Shown piece after piece: positions 1-11,774 of a stretch of 64,000 nt of DNA (the first letter of the stretch is position 1; each line of letters starts with the position of its first letter). The notes under the pieces are model-generated. The model did no database searches, was not told the DNA's origin, and saw only the letters and a program-made list of their open reading frames with translations. The DNA comes from an uncultured Actinomycetes bacterium (GTDB taxonomy: Bacteria; Actinomycetota; Thermoleophilia; Solirubrobacterales; Solirubrobacteraceae). Both the position numbers and the translations under genes were made by a program. Location of the stretch: contig CAWCNV010000011.1 of assembly GCA_963797015.1 (NCBI GenBank), positions 4,505 through 68,504 of the forward strand, written 5' to 3'.

Positions 1-1
1 C

Positions 2-770
2 CCGTTCTACGACGCCGACCTCGACACGGCGCGCGACGTGATCGTCCCCGCGATCGGGGAGCTGGCGCAGGACGCCGCGCGCGCGAAGGGCGTGGAGTAC
101 CTCGCCGCCGGGAACGCCTTCGACGGCCACGAGATCTGCGCGACCACCGCCGAGCCGGTCACCGCCTCGCAGCCGCCGTCGCCGACCGCGAGCGAGTGGG
201 GGCGGGCGCTGAGCTCGACCACCATCGGCCAGGGCCAGATCCAGGAGGTGTTCCACCCCAACGCCTTCGGCCAGCGCGCGCTCGGCATTTGCCTCAAGCG
301 GGTCTTCCGGCTGATCCCGGGACAGTTCGACTGCACGAGCGGCCCGGGCCGCGATCCCGAGGCGATGTCGGTGGCGCGGACCGCCACTACGGCCGCCGGC
401 CGCGCGCTGCTGCGGGACGCACTGCGCCGCGCAGTGGTGCCCACGGGCGGCCGTGCGGGTATCGCCAGGGTGCTCAAGGCCGGTGGCTACCGGGCGGCGT
501 TCTCCAACGCGGTCGGGAAGGGCCGCCTGCTGCTGGCGTGGTACCGCGTGCCCGCGGGCGAGCCCGTGCCCAAGCCGGCGAGCGTGCAGGAGCCGGTGCT
601 CGTGGCCCGAGTGCGGGCGTCGGTGACCACGACCGGCACCGCCCACTTCACGCTGCGACTGAAGACGGCGGGCAGGCGGCTGCTGCGCGCTACGACGGGC
701 TCGATCGGCCTGGCGGGGCGGGCGACCTTCACGCCCAAGGGCGGGACGCCGGTCTCGACCGTCGGGCGCT

Positions 771-784
<14 letters not shown>
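2..784 (+). CDS. SGNH/GDSL-type hydrolase, C-terminal part (5' end lies outside the window), with a C-terminal extension of about 140 aa
   Basis: The frame of track ORF 38..784 stays open back to nt 2 ([12 protein letters not shown]...). It carries the block-V-like motif [10 protein letters not shown] (DxxHPN) typical of SGNH hydrolases. GC3 is high. Confidence 0.55.
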
Positions 785-1999
<1,215 letters not shown>

Positions 2000-2000
<1 letters not shown>

Positions 2001-3460
2001 CAGAGCTGCAGCGACTTGATCTCGAGGAACTCCTCGAGGCCGAACTTGCCCAGCTCGCGGCCGTGGCCCGACTGCTTGTAGCCGCCGAAGGGCGCCAGCG
2101 GGTTGAAGGCGGCGCCGTTGATCTCGACCTGGCCGGTGCGGATCCGCCGCGCGACGCGCTTGGCCCGCTCCTCGTCGCCCGACCAGACGCCGCCGGCCAA
2201 TCCGTAGATCGAGTCGTTGGCGATCCGGATCGCGTCCTGCTCGTCCTCGTAGGGCATGATCGCCAGCACCGGGCCGAAGATCTCCTCCTGGGCGATCGTC
2301 ATGCCGGGAGTGACCTCGGAGAACACCGTGGGGCGCACGAAGAACCCGTGCTCGGAGCCCTCGGGAGCCTCGGCGCCGCCCGTCATGAGCTTCGCGCCCT
2401 CCTCGATCCCCTTCTCGATGTAGCCGCGCACACGCCCGCGCTGGACGTCGGACACCAGCGGCCCCAGCTTTGTCTCGGGATCGAACGGATCGCCCACCGT
2501 CGCCTGCTCGGCCGCTGCCGCGGCGATCGCCTCGGCCTCGGCCAGCCGCGAGCGCGGAACCAGCATGCGCGTCAGCGCGCTGCAGGTCTGGCCCGAGTTG
2601 AGGAAGCACTTGCTCACACCGTCGACGACCGCCTTCTGCAGGTCGGCGTCGTCGAGGATCACGTTGGCCGACTTGCCGCCCAGCTCGAGCGCGACGCGTT
2701 TGACGGTCTCGGCCGCGACCTCGGTCACGCGCCGCCCGGCGGCGGTCGAGCCCGTGAACGAGATCATGTCGATCTCGGGGTGCGAGCTCATCGCCTCGCC
2801 CACCACCGGGCCGACCCCGGTGACGAGGTTGAACACGCCGGCCGGCAGGCCGGCGGCGTCGCAGATCTCGGCCAGCACGAAGGCGTTGAGCGGTGTCACC
2901 TCGCTGGGCTTGAGCGCCACCGTGCAGCCCGCCGCGAGCGCCGGCGCGACCTTCGCCGAGACCTGGTGCAGGGGGTAGTTCCAGGGCGTGATCGCCCCCA
3001 CGACGCCCACCGGCTCGCGCACGACCAGCGAGTTGCCGAGCATCTCCTCCCAGACCGTCTCGGCCATGATCTCGGGCATCGACGCGAACGACATCCTCGG
3101 CAGCCCGGCCTGGATCATCATCGACAACGGCAGCGGCATGCCGAGCTCGCGCGCGACGAGCGCGGCGATCTCCTCGGCACGCTCCTCGAGCCCCATGGCG
3201 ATCGCGCCGAGCAGCTCCGCGCGCTCCTCGGGGCTGGTCTGCGACCACGATTCGAAGGCGGCGCGCGCGGCGGCGGCTGCGCGGTCGACGTCGGCCGGCG
3301 TGCCGGCGGGGACGCTCCCCATCACCTCCTCGGTCGTCGAGTTGACGACCTCGAGCGTGTCGCGGCCCTCCGGCTGAACCCACTCGCCGCCGATGTAGAA
3401 GCGGTCGCGGACGATCGGGCCCGGCTGGGCGTGGGGGTCGACTGCGGTCTGGGTTGCCAT
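2000..3460 (-). CDS. NAD(P)-dependent aldehyde dehydrogenase
   Basis: 486 aa from [10 protein letters not shown], with ATG at 3460..3458 and an AGGAGAA Shine-Dalgarno upstream. ALDH hallmarks: [27 protein letters not shown] (catalytic Cys), EEIFGPV. Confidence 0.92.
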
Positions 3461-3471
3461 CGGTTCTCCTC

Positions 3472-5481
3472 TCAGGGCCTCACCGGCGCCGCGGCCGGCT
3501 TGGCGTGCGCCGCAGCCAGCTCGGCCTGGGTGCCGGCGATCGCCTCGGCGGTTCGGTGTGCGAGCGCCATGATGGTGACCATCGGGTTGGTGCCCGAAGG
3601 CGTGGGGAACGCGCTGCCGTCGCCGATCCACACGCCCTTGACGTCGTGCAGCTCGCCCCACGGGTTCGCGACGCTGGTCTGCGGGTCGGTGCCCATCCGG
3701 CAGGTGCCCATCTGGTGGGCGCTGAACAGCTTGTGGCCGCCGGCGCGCATCGGTATGCGCTGCACCCGGTCGATGAAGGCGTCGAGGTCGTCGCCCCGGC
3801 GCCAGCGCGGTACCCCGGCGGCGAGCGCGTAGATCTCGCGCGCTCCGCCGGCGGCGTGCAGGCGGATCTCCACCTCGAGCCCGTGGCGCATGTTGCGCAG
3901 GTCGAGCTCGTCGGTGACCGAGTACGTGGGCACCGCCTCGCCGTCCTGGTCGATCGTCACGCGCCCGTGGCCGCGGTCGCGAAGCAGCGCGATGAAGGTC
4001 CCGCCGTAGCGGACGTTCTCCATGAACTCCTTGTGCCTGGCGCCCGAGAACCACGGCGTGGCCGAGCCCGTGATCCCAGGGGCGTACTGGGCGCCCTCGA
4101 TCAGGAAGCCGCAGCCGTCGCCGGTGTTCGCGAACTCGTCGCACAGGCCGGCGTGGGGGGCGCCCCACCACGCCTTCATGTCCTCGTCGTAGATCCCTGA
4201 GGTCGCGGTGCACGGATGCAGACGCAGGTAGTTCCCGGCCGCCGGCCCGCCGATCTGCGAGCGCAGCAGCAGCGCCGGCGACTCGAGCGAGCCGCAGGCG
4301 ACGACGACGCGGGGCGCGTGCACGGTGACCCGCGCGCGCTTGCCCTGCCCGTCTTCGTACGTCGCTTCGACGCCGGCCGCCTTGCCGCCTTCCACGAGCA
4401 CGCGCTCGGCGCGCGTGTGGATGAGCACCTCGGCGCCGTGGTCGACGGCGTCGCGCAGGAACGTCTTGTCGACCGACTGCTTGGAGCCCGACTGGTCGCC
4501 GAAGCCCATGTAGGCGGCGGTGTCCGGGGAGTAGGTGCCGGAGTCGGTGTTGCGGATCACCGTCTTGAAGCTCCAGCCGCGGTCTTCGCAGCCGCGCTTC
4601 ATCCGCTGCTGGGGGCCGTTGAGCTCGGAGTGGCGGTCGGTCGCCGAGATGCGCTCGAGCACCGTGTCGAGGTGGCGGTCGTAGTCGGGGCCGTCGACGC
4701 CCTCCAGCCCGTGCTCGTGGGCCCACTGCTCGCGCACCCACGGTGTGGTGCGCAGGCAGTTGGTCCAGTTGACGACCGTCCCGCCGCCTAGCGTCGTGCC
4801 CGCCTGCAGCGTGAAGTTGCCGTCGGCCGTCGGCGTGGGGCCGCCGCGCCAGTACATCTCCTGGTAGGCCTTGAGCTCGAGCTGGGCGAAGTCGGACTCG
4901 GTGTGGTAGCCGCCGGCCTCCAGCACGACGACCTTCATCCCCTGCTGGGCCAGGGTGCCGGCGATCACGCCGCCGCCTGAGCCGGAGCCGACCACGCACA
5001 CGTCGGCCTCGAGCTCGAGCTCATCGGACTCGGGAGTGAGCGGGGTGATCGGCTTTGGCTTCTGGGGCGGGGCCGACAGCGGGCCGGGGTAGCCGAAGGT
5101 GCGCCAGTTCGGGTTCTGGCCCGTCTGCGGGTCGGCGCCGCCGTAGGTGAGGAACAGCGTCATGCCGGCCAGCGCATTGATGCCCGCGGCGGCCTGCGAG
5201 GACGCGAGCGACATCGTGCGCAGGAGCTGCTCGCGCGAGAGCTGCGACGGGGCGGTGCGGAAGCCCTGCGCGTCGAGCGCGTCGAGCAGCTGTAGGAGAC
5301 CCGCGTGCAGGTCGTCGGGCATCTCGGCGAGCAGCTGCTCGACCCCCTGGTCGACGGCAAGCTCCGTGGCCGCGCGGGCCCAGAACCCCTCGGGGTCCTC
5401 GGCGCGCTCGATCCGGGGCACGATGGTGTCGCACAGCGCCCGCAGGACGGCACGCCGCTCCTCGGTCAGCTCCTGCGTCAT
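3472..5481 (-). CDS. GMC-family FAD oxidoreductase, long-chain alcohol oxidase-like
   Basis: 669 aa from [10 protein letters not shown], with ATG at 5481..5479 and a purine-rich SD. ADP-binding fold [16 protein letters not shown]-terminal GMC block HQMGTCRMG...[19 protein letters not shown]-terminal extension of about 190 aa, as in fatty-alcohol oxidases. Confidence 0.85.
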   Translation of the reverse strand: MTQELTEERRAVLRALCDTIVPRIERAEDPEGFWARAATELAVDQGVEQLLAEMPDDLHAGLLQLLDALDAQGFRTAPSQLSREQLLRTMSLASSQAAAGINALAGMTLFLTYGGADPQTGQNPNWRTFGYPGPLSAPPQKPKPITPLTPESDELELEADVCVVGSGSGGGVIAGTLAQQGMKVVVLEAGGYHTESDFAQLELKAYQEMYWRGGPTPTADGNFTLQAGTTLGGGTVVNWTNCLRTTPWVREQWAHEHGLEGVDGPDYDRHLDTVLERISATDRHSELNGPQQRMKRGCEDRGWSFKTVIRNTDSGTYSPDTAAYMGFGDQSGSKQSVDKTFLRDAVDHGAEVLIHTRAERVLVEGGKAAGVEATYEDGQGKRARVTVHAPRVVVACGSLESPALLLRSQIGGPAAGNYLRLHPCTATSGIYDEDMKAWWGAPHAGLCDEFANTGDGCGFLIEGAQYAPGITGSATPWFSGARHKEFMENVRYGGTFIALLRDRGHGRVTIDQDGEAVPTYSVTDELDLRNMRHGLEVEIRLHAAGGAREIYALAAGVPRWRRGDDLDAFIDRVQRIPMRAGGHKLFSAHQMGTCRMGTDPQTSVANPWGELHDVKGVWIGDGSAFPTPSGTNPMVTIMALAHRTAEAIAGTQAELAAAHAKPAAAPVRP

Positions 5482-5551
5482 CCCCTCTCTCCTTCCGCGC
5501 GTTACCGTTCCTACTGCAGAGAGCCTAACGAGGAGAGAAAAGGGAGCGGCA

Positions 5552-7348
5552 ATGGCGACGAGCGGTGTGGGGACCGACCTGCAGACGATGGCCGAGCTGG
5601 CGACGCTCGGCGCCCAGAAGTTCGGCGACCGGCCGGCCCAGCGCTTCAAGGTGGGCGACGAGTGGAAGGAGCGCTCCTACGCGGAGCTCGCCGACGAGGC
5701 CCGCGCGGTGGCGCTCGGGCTCGTCGCGCTCGGGATCGGCCCCGGCGAACGCGTTTGCATCCTCGCCAACACGCGCCCGGAGTGGACGGTCATCGAGCTG
5801 GCGATCTGGATGGTCGGCGCGACGGTGGTGCCGATCTACCAGACCAACGCCCCGGAGGAGTGCGAGTGGGTGGCCGGCAACTCGGGCGCCGTCGCGGTGT
5901 TCTGCGAGGACGAGGCCCAGCTGGACAAGATCCGCGCGGTACGCGACAAGCTGCCCGACCTGAAGCACCTGATCCTGTTCGAGGGCAGCGCCGACGACGC
6001 GATCTCGCTCGACGAGGAGCGCGAGCGCGGTCGCGACGCCGACCCGTCCGAGCTCGAGAGCCGCGCCGCCGGGGTCAAGCCCGACGACGCGATGCTGTTC
6101 ATCTACACGTCGGGCACGACCGGTCCGCCCAAGGGCTGTGTGCTCATGCACTCGAACGCGCGCTTCCTGCTGGACGCGCTCGTCGAGCTCGAGATCACCA
6201 CCGAGGGCGACCTCGTCTACCTCTACCTGCCGCTGGCGCACGTCTTCGCGCAGCTGATCGAGATCGGCGCGCTGTACCTGGGCGGCACTATCGCCTACTT
6301 CGGCGGCGACACGCGCCAGATCATTCCCGAGATCCAGCAGTCGCACCCCGACTACGTCCCGTCGGTGCCGCGCATCTTCGAGAAGCTCTACGGCCTGGCC
6401 ACGGCGCAGCTCGCGAAGGCGTCGCCCGAGCAGCAGAAGCAGTTCAAGCAGGCGATCGAGCTCGGCGTCAAGGTCCGCGACCTCGAGAACCACGGAAAGC
6501 CGATCCCCGAGGAGCTGCGCAAGCCGTTCGAGCAGGCCGACGAGGCGATCTTCAAGGGCGTGCGCGCGCTGTTCGGCGGGCGCATGCGCGAGGCGACGAC
6601 CGGCGCGGCGCCGATCGCCAAGGAGATCCTCGAGTTCTTCTACGCCGCGGGCTGCCCGGTGCTCGAGGGTTACGGCATGACCGAGACGATGGGCGTCATG
6701 ACCACCTCTACGCGCGAGAACCACAAGTTCGGCACCGTCGGCCGCCCGATGCCCGGCGTCGAGGTCAAGATCGCCGAGGACGGCGAGATCCTCACCCGGG
6801 GCGGCCAGGTGTTCAAGGGCTACTGGCGCAACGAGGACGCCACGAAGGAGCTGATCGACGATGAGGGCTGGCTGCACAGCGGCGACCTCGGCCAGCTCGA
6901 CGAGGACAACTATCTCCACATCACCGGCCGCAAGAAGGACATCATCATCACCGCCGGCGGCAAGAACCTCGCCCCGGCCAACCTCGAGAACGACCTCAAG
7001 CAGTCGCGCTGGATCTCGCAGGCCGTGATGTACGGCGACCGGCGGCCGTTCCCCGTGGCGATCGTGACGCTCGACCACGAGGAGATCGGACCCTGGGCCA
7101 AGGAGCAGGGCCTGGGCGACGACCCGTCGGCGCTCGCCGAGGAGCCCAAGGTCAACGAGCTCATCCAGACCGTGCTCGACGACGTCAACGCCAAGTACGC
7201 GCAGGTCGAGCAGATCAAGAAGTTCAAGATCCTCGATCACGACCTGTCGCTCGAGGCCGGCGAGCTGACCCCGACGATGAAGGTCAAGCGGAACGTGGTC
7301 TACGAGCGCTACGACGACGTGTTCGAGGAGCTGTACGCGAAGAAGTAG
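5552..7348 (+). CDS. long-chain fatty-acid--CoA ligase (AMP-dependent synthetase)
   Basis: 598 aa from MATSGVGTDL, with ATG at 5552 after GAGGAGAGAAAAGGGAG. AMP-binding motif FIYTSGTTGPPKG. Also GYGMTET and HSGDLG...ITGRKKDIIITAGGKN. Confidence 0.9.
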   Translation: MATSGVGTDLQTMAELATLGAQKFGDRPAQRFKVGDEWKERSYAELADEARAVALGLVALGIGPGERVCILANTRPEWTVIELAIWMVGATVVPIYQTNAPEECEWVAGNSGAVAVFCEDEAQLDKIRAVRDKLPDLKHLILFEGSADDAISLDEERERGRDADPSELESRAAGVKPDDAMLFIYTSGTTGPPKGCVLMHSNARFLLDALVELEITTEGDLVYLYLPLAHVFAQLIEIGALYLGGTIAYFGGDTRQIIPEIQQSHPDYVPSVPRIFEKLYGLATAQLAKASPEQQKQFKQAIELGVKVRDLENHGKPIPEELRKPFEQADEAIFKGVRALFGGRMREATTGAAPIAKEILEFFYAAGCPVLEGYGMTETMGVMTTSTRENHKFGTVGRPMPGVEVKIAEDGEILTRGGQVFKGYWRNEDATKELIDDEGWLHSGDLGQLDEDNYLHITGRKKDIIITAGGKNLAPANLENDLKQSRWISQAVMYGDRRPFPVAIVTLDHEEIGPWAKEQGLGDDPSALAEEPKVNELIQTVLDDVNAKYAQVEQIKKFKILDHDLSLEAGELTPTMKVKRNVVYERYDDVFEELYAKK

Positions 7349-7366
7349 GGGGCGCGCGTCACGCCA

Positions 7367-8434
7367 TTACGGTGTGACGTCAGCCCCGGCGGCCGCGGTG
7401 AGGGCCGGCCGCACAGCCGCGCGGCCCGCCTCCTCGGCGACCATCGCCTGGGCGACACGTCGGGCACGCAGCGCGGCGCGGTCGGCTTTGACGTTGATGT
7501 CGCGCCGCGGCTCGACGTCTTCGCCCAAGCGACGCTGGACGGCTTCCAGCACGGCCGCGTCGCGCATCGCCATCTCGCCGAACATCGTACGGAGGTGTTC
7601 CGCGACCACGGCACGATCGGTCGCGTAGTTGCGCGCGATCTGAACGAAGACGTGGGTCGCCGCCGGACTCTCGGGCGTGAACCCTTGAACCCTGATGTGC
7701 TCGTGCGAGCGGGCGCCGTCGGCGTCGATGGCGTATCCCTGCACGTGCATGGCGGGTGAGACGAACCGGCCGTGCTCACGGCGAAGGCACTCGGTCTCGC
7801 GGGGCAGGCCGGTCGCCTCGGCCTCCCAGTCCGCCAGCCGCGCACGCGGGATGTCGCGGGAGTAGGAGACGGACATCTCGGAGATCTCCACCTCGTCCAG
7901 GGGCGGCAGCTTCTCGAGGCCCGGCGGGACTGCATCCGGATGCATGGCAAAGACGTGCGTGAGGTCGAGATAGTGCTCGTGCAGCAGCATGTAGTTGGCC
8001 TCGACGTTCATCCTGGCGCTCGTGCTCGCCCACTCAGGATCCGCGAGCCACGGAGTCCGCGGCGGCGGGCGCAGGCCGGCCGCTCCCGGCTCGCCGAGCC
8101 AGATCCAGACGAACGGGGACTCCTCCTGCACGGGGAAGGTGCGCACGCACGCGCCCCGCGGGACGTTCTCCTGCGAGGGCACCTCGACGCAGCAGCCGTC
8201 GGGATCGTAGGTGAACCCGTGATAGCCGCAGACCAGTCGATCGCCTTCGAGCCGGCCGGCCGAGAGCGGATAGGCGCGATGGACGCAGCGGTCCTCCATC
8301 GCCACGACGTCACCCGAGCTACGGCGGTAGAGCACGACGGGCGTACCGAGTAGCCGGCGCCCGATCAGCCCGTCGGCGAGCTCGTCGCTGGTGGCGGCCA
8401 CGTACCAGCAGTTGAAGGGATAGTTGGGCCTCAT
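7367..8434 (-). CDS. Rieske [2Fe-2S] non-heme-iron oxygenase, VanA/phthalate-family type
   Basis: 355 aa from MRPNYPFNCWY. Rieske motif CVHRAYPL...CGYHGF (CxH-x17-CxxH). ATGA overlap (8431..8434) with the upstream reductase stop. Confidence 0.85.
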   Translation of the reverse strand: MRPNYPFNCWYVAATSDELADGLIGRRLLGTPVVLYRRSSGDVVAMEDRCVHRAYPLSAGRLEGDRLVCGYHGFTYDPDGCCVEVPSQENVPRGACVRTFPVQEESPFVWIWLGEPGAAGLRPPPRTPWLADPEWASTSARMNVEANYMLLHEHYLDLTHVFAMHPDAVPPGLEKLPPLDEVEISEMSVSYSRDIPRARLADWEAEATGLPRETECLRREHGRFVSPAMHVQGYAIDADGARSHEHIRVQGFTPESPAATHVFVQIARNYATDRAVVAEHLRTMFGEMAMRDAAVLEAVQRRLGEDVEPRRDINVKADRAALRARRVAQAMVAEEAGRAAVRPALTAAAGADVTP

Positions 8435-9423
8435 AGGTCGAGCACCAGCCTTTCCGAGCGCGAGCGCGAGACGCAGGTCATGATCAGGTCGCCGCGTTCG
8501 CGCTCTGCCTCCGACAGCACGGAGTCGCGATGGTCGGGCTCGCCCTCGATCACGTCGCATTCGCATGTGCCGCAGACGCCCTCCATGCACGAGCCGAGCA
8601 CGTCGACGCCGGCTTCCTCGACCACCTCGTAGATCGATCGCTCGGCGGGAACGGTCACGGTGACGCCCGATCGTTGGCACTCCACCTCGAATGCGGCGAG
8701 CGCGTCGGGCGCCGGCTCGTCGACCGGCTTCGCGGAGAATCGCTCGACGTGCAGGCTGTCCTGCGGCCAGGGCCGGCACGCGTCCTCGACCGCGGAGAGC
8801 AGCCCTTCGGGCCCGCAGCAGTAGACCAGCGTGGCGTCAAGCGGCTCCGCCAGAACCGAACCGAGGTCGAGCATGCCCTGCTCGTCCTGCGGGCAGACGC
8901 TGACGCGCTCGCCGTGGCCTTCCAGCTCGTCGAGGAACCCCATCGAAGACCGCTCCCTGCCGCCGTACAGCAGCTGCCACTCGGCGCCGCGTGCTTCCGC
9001 GGCTTCGATCATCGTGAGGATCGGGGTGATGCCGATCCCGCCGGCGATGAACTGGTAGCGCGGGGAGCTGACCAAAGGGAAGTGGTTGCGCGGGCCGCGC
9101 ACGCGCACCGTGGAGCTCTCGCGAAGCTCCTCGTGGACGAACCGCGAGCCACCGCGGCTCTGCGGGTCGAGCAGCACGCCGACCCGCCACTCGCTGCGGT
9201 TAGCGGTGCTGCCGCACAGCGAGTACTGGCGTACGAGCGACGGCGTGAGCAGCAGGTCGATGTGGGCACCCGGGGTCCATTCGGGCAGCTCCGCGCCATC
9301 CGGGTCGGCCAGCGTCAGCACGACGACGCCGTCGGCGACCAGCTCGTAACCGACGACCGCGAGATCGACCTCGATCTCGCGATAGGCGGATCTCCCGCCC
9401 GTTGCCGGTTCCGTCGCGGTCAT
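8431..9423 (-). CDS. PDR/VanB-type oxidoreductase (FMN/NAD-binding reductase plus C-terminal plant-type 2Fe-2S ferredoxin)
   Basis: 330 aa. Contains the RQYSL flavin motif, IAGGIGITP nucleotide-binding motif and the C-terminal cluster CMEGVCGTCEC. ATGA overlaps at both ends. Confidence 0.88.
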   Translation of the reverse strand: MTATEPATGGRSAYREIEVDLAVVGYELVADGVVVLTLADPDGAELPEWTPGAHIDLLLTPSLVRQYSLCGSTANRSEWRVGVLLDPQSRGGSRFVHEELRESSTVRVRGPRNHFPLVSSPRYQFIAGGIGITPILTMIEAAEARGAEWQLLYGGRERSSMGFLDELEGHGERVSVCPQDEQGMLDLGSVLAEPLDATLVYCCGPEGLLSAVEDACRPWPQDSLHVERFSAKPVDEPAPDALAAFEVECQRSGVTVTVPAERSIYEVVEEAGVDVLGSCMEGVCGTCECDVIEGEPDHRDSVLSEAERERGDLIMTCVSRSRSERLVLDL

Positions 9424-10655
9424 GACGCGCGACGGACCGGGATCGAGTTGTACTGGTTGAGGAACAGCGCTCTTACCCGCGTGGGCTCGCCGTCCAGCGC
9501 GAGGTCCGGGAAGCGCTCGATCGTCTGCTGGATCCAGAGCTTGAGCTCGAGGCGCGCGAGGTTCGCGCCAAGGCAGAAGTGGCGGCCGCGGCCGCCGAAG
9601 GCCTGGTGCTGTTCGAGTCCCTCGCGCTCGATGTCGAACGCGTGCGGATTCGGGAACACGCCCTCGTCGCGGTTGGAAGCCAGGTACCAGAGCAGGACCC
9701 GGTCGTTCTCCTTGATCGTCTGACCGTGGAGCTCGACGTCGGACGTCGCCCCGCGCCCCATGAACGCGAACGCGGGGAAGCAGCGAAGCCCCTCCTCCAC
9801 CGCCGCGTCGATCAGCTCCGGGCGCTCGCGAAGCAGTGCAAGCTGCTCTGGGTTCTGCAGCAGGGCGAGGATCGTCGAGCTGTAGGTCGCGCGCGTTGAA
9901 TCGTTGCCCGCGGCCATCAGCAAGACGAAGAACGTGGCGATCTCGATCTCGTTGAGCTTCTCGCCATCGACCTCCGCGTTCATCAAGGCGCTGATGAGAT
10001 CGTCGCGGGGCGACTCGCCGCGCTGCGCGATCTGCTCGTTCACGTACTCGATGATCTCGGTGAAGATCGCCTGGGGGTCGTCGAACTGCGCGCGGATCGC
10101 CGGATCCTCGTGCGCGGTGAACACATTGGTCCAGTGCACGAGCGTTGGGTCGTCTTCTTCCGGCGTGCCGAGCACCGAGCCGATCACGCGCGCCGGGATC
10201 GGGCGTGCCACGTCGGCGACGAGGTCGAAGCGCTCGCGATCGGCCACGCGATCCAGGACTCCGGTGATGATCTGGTTGACGTGATCCTCGTGCTCGGCGA
10301 CGCGGTTCGGGGTGAAGGCCTTGGTGACCAGCGCCTTGAGCCGGTCATGACGCGGCGGGTCCATCGAGATCATCTGCATCCGCTGCACGTCCAGCGGCAC
10401 CCCGACGTCATCGACGATCTGGATGCCCCGCCGCTCGGAGGAGAACGTCTTGAAGTCGCGGCTCACGGCCCTCACGTCCTCGTGGCGCGTGATCGACCAG
10501 AAGCCGCCCTCGTCCGGCGCGACGCGCTGGGGACTGAAGTGCACGGGCGCTTCGCGCTGCAACCTGGCGAACACTTCGTACGGGACGCCCGCATCCCACA
10601 GCGCGGGATCGGCCAGGTCGATGCTGCCCAGATCCTGCTCGGTGCTGGTGCTCAT
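9420..10655 (-). CDS. cytochrome P450
   Basis: 411 aa. Heme-thiolate loop FGGRGRHFCLGANLA, I-helix LLMAAGNDSTRA, and ExxR (EEGLR). Confidence 0.92.
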   Translation of the reverse strand: MSTSTEQDLGSIDLADPALWDAGVPYEVFARLQREAPVHFSPQRVAPDEGGFWSITRHEDVRAVSRDFKTFSSERRGIQIVDDVGVPLDVQRMQMISMDPPRHDRLKALVTKAFTPNRVAEHEDHVNQIITGVLDRVADRERFDLVADVARPIPARVIGSVLGTPEEDDPTLVHWTNVFTAHEDPAIRAQFDDPQAIFTEIIEYVNEQIAQRGESPRDDLISALMNAEVDGEKLNEIEIATFFVLLMAAGNDSTRATYSSTILALLQNPEQLALLRERPELIDAAVEEGLRCFPAFAFMGRGATSDVELHGQTIKENDRVLLWYLASNRDEGVFPNPHAFDIEREGLEQHQAFGGRGRHFCLGANLARLELKLWIQQTIERFPDLALDGEPTRVRALFLNQYNSIPVRRAS

Positions 10656-10811
10656 CTCTGCTCCTCCTCCTCAGCCCGACGTAGGGTCGGCGCTTGCGAG
10701 ACCTAATGAAGGTACGTCACGGCGCGCGCGGCCACAAGGCACCGAGCGACAAGCGCGGGCCGGGGGTGAACAACCCCGGCCCGTACCGCTCGAAGCGACA
10801 CAGCGGCGCCC

Positions 10812-11759
10812 ATGGAATCGGGCACATCCGCCGATAAGGTCGGCTCCCGGATGAGCTCTGCCGCAGCCGAGACGCTCCGGATCCGGGCCGGCGCGCTGAC
10901 GTTCGCCGCGCTTGCCTGGGGGCCGTCCGACGGTCCGTTGGCGCTATGCCTGCACGGCTATCCGGACACGGCGCGGACGTGGCGCCACCTCGGGCCTCAC
11001 CTGGCGGAGCGCGGGTGGCGCGTGGTCGCCCCCTACACGCGCGGCTACTGGCCGACCGACCTCGCTCCGGACGGGATCTACCAGCTCGGGGCGCTGGCCC
11101 GCGACGGCGCGGAGCTTCACGAGGCGCTCGCCGGCGATGAACGTTCCGTCCTGATCGGGCACGACTGGGGCGCGGAAACGTCATACCTGCTGGGCGCGAG
11201 CCGGCCCGAGCTGTTTCGCCGCATCGTGACGATCGCTGTCGCTCCAGCTCCGGTCCTGCTCTCGCCGCTGCGCTCGCCGGCGCGACGCGTGAGGGACCTT
11301 TCGCTGTTCGCCCGGCAGTTGCGGCTCAGCTGGTACATGTTCTTCCAGCTGCTCCCCGGGATCTCGGAGCGGGCCTTGCCCCGGTTGATTCCAAGGCTCT
11401 GGAGCGACTGGTCACCCGGCTACGACGCGGGCGACGACGTCCCGGAGGTGCTCGAGTCGCTCCAGGGCCCACATGCCACCGCCGCCGTGCGCTACTACCG
11501 GGCGTTCTTCCTTCCCTGGATGCGCAGTAAGGAGTACGCAGCCGAGCAGTCACACCTGCTGGACATGCCCTCGGTCCCGCTTCTGTACCTCCACGGCGAG
11601 CGCGACGGATGTCAGCTCCCCGCGATCGCGAGCGGCGCCGGTGACTTCCTCCGGCCGCCGAGCCGATTCGAGATGGTGATGGGCGCCGGGCACTTCCTGC
11701 ACTTGGAACGACCGGCGGCAGTCAACGACTTGATCACCGCGTTCATCGAGGCCGGATGA
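10812..11759 (+). CDS. alpha/beta hydrolase (epoxide-hydrolase-like fold)
   Basis: LHGYPDTARTWRH and the nucleophile elbow LIGHDWGAETS. The start could instead be the ATG at 10851. Confidence 0.8.
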   Translation: MESGTSADKVGSRMSSAAAETLRIRAGALTFAALAWGPSDGPLALCLHGYPDTARTWRHLGPHLAERGWRVVAPYTRGYWPTDLAPDGIYQLGALARDGAELHEALAGDERSVLIGHDWGAETSYLLGASRPELFRRIVTIAVAPAPVLLSPLRSPARRVRDLSLFARQLRLSWYMFFQLLPGISERALPRLIPRLWSDWSPGYDAGDDVPEVLESLQGPHATAAVRYYRAFFLPWMRSKEYAAEQSHLLDMPSVPLLYLHGERDGCQLPAIASGAGDFLRPPSRFEMVMGAGHFLHLERPAAVNDLITAFIEAG

Positions 11760-11774
11760 CCTGTCCTGCACCCC

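Noticed and set aside
7356-7380. Imperfect hairpin CGTCACGCC-ATTA-CGGTGTGACG between the convergent ligase and Rieske genes as a terminator
   Set aside because: The stem has a mismatch, overlaps the last codons of the Rieske gene, and has no T-tract. It cannot be supported without folding energies.
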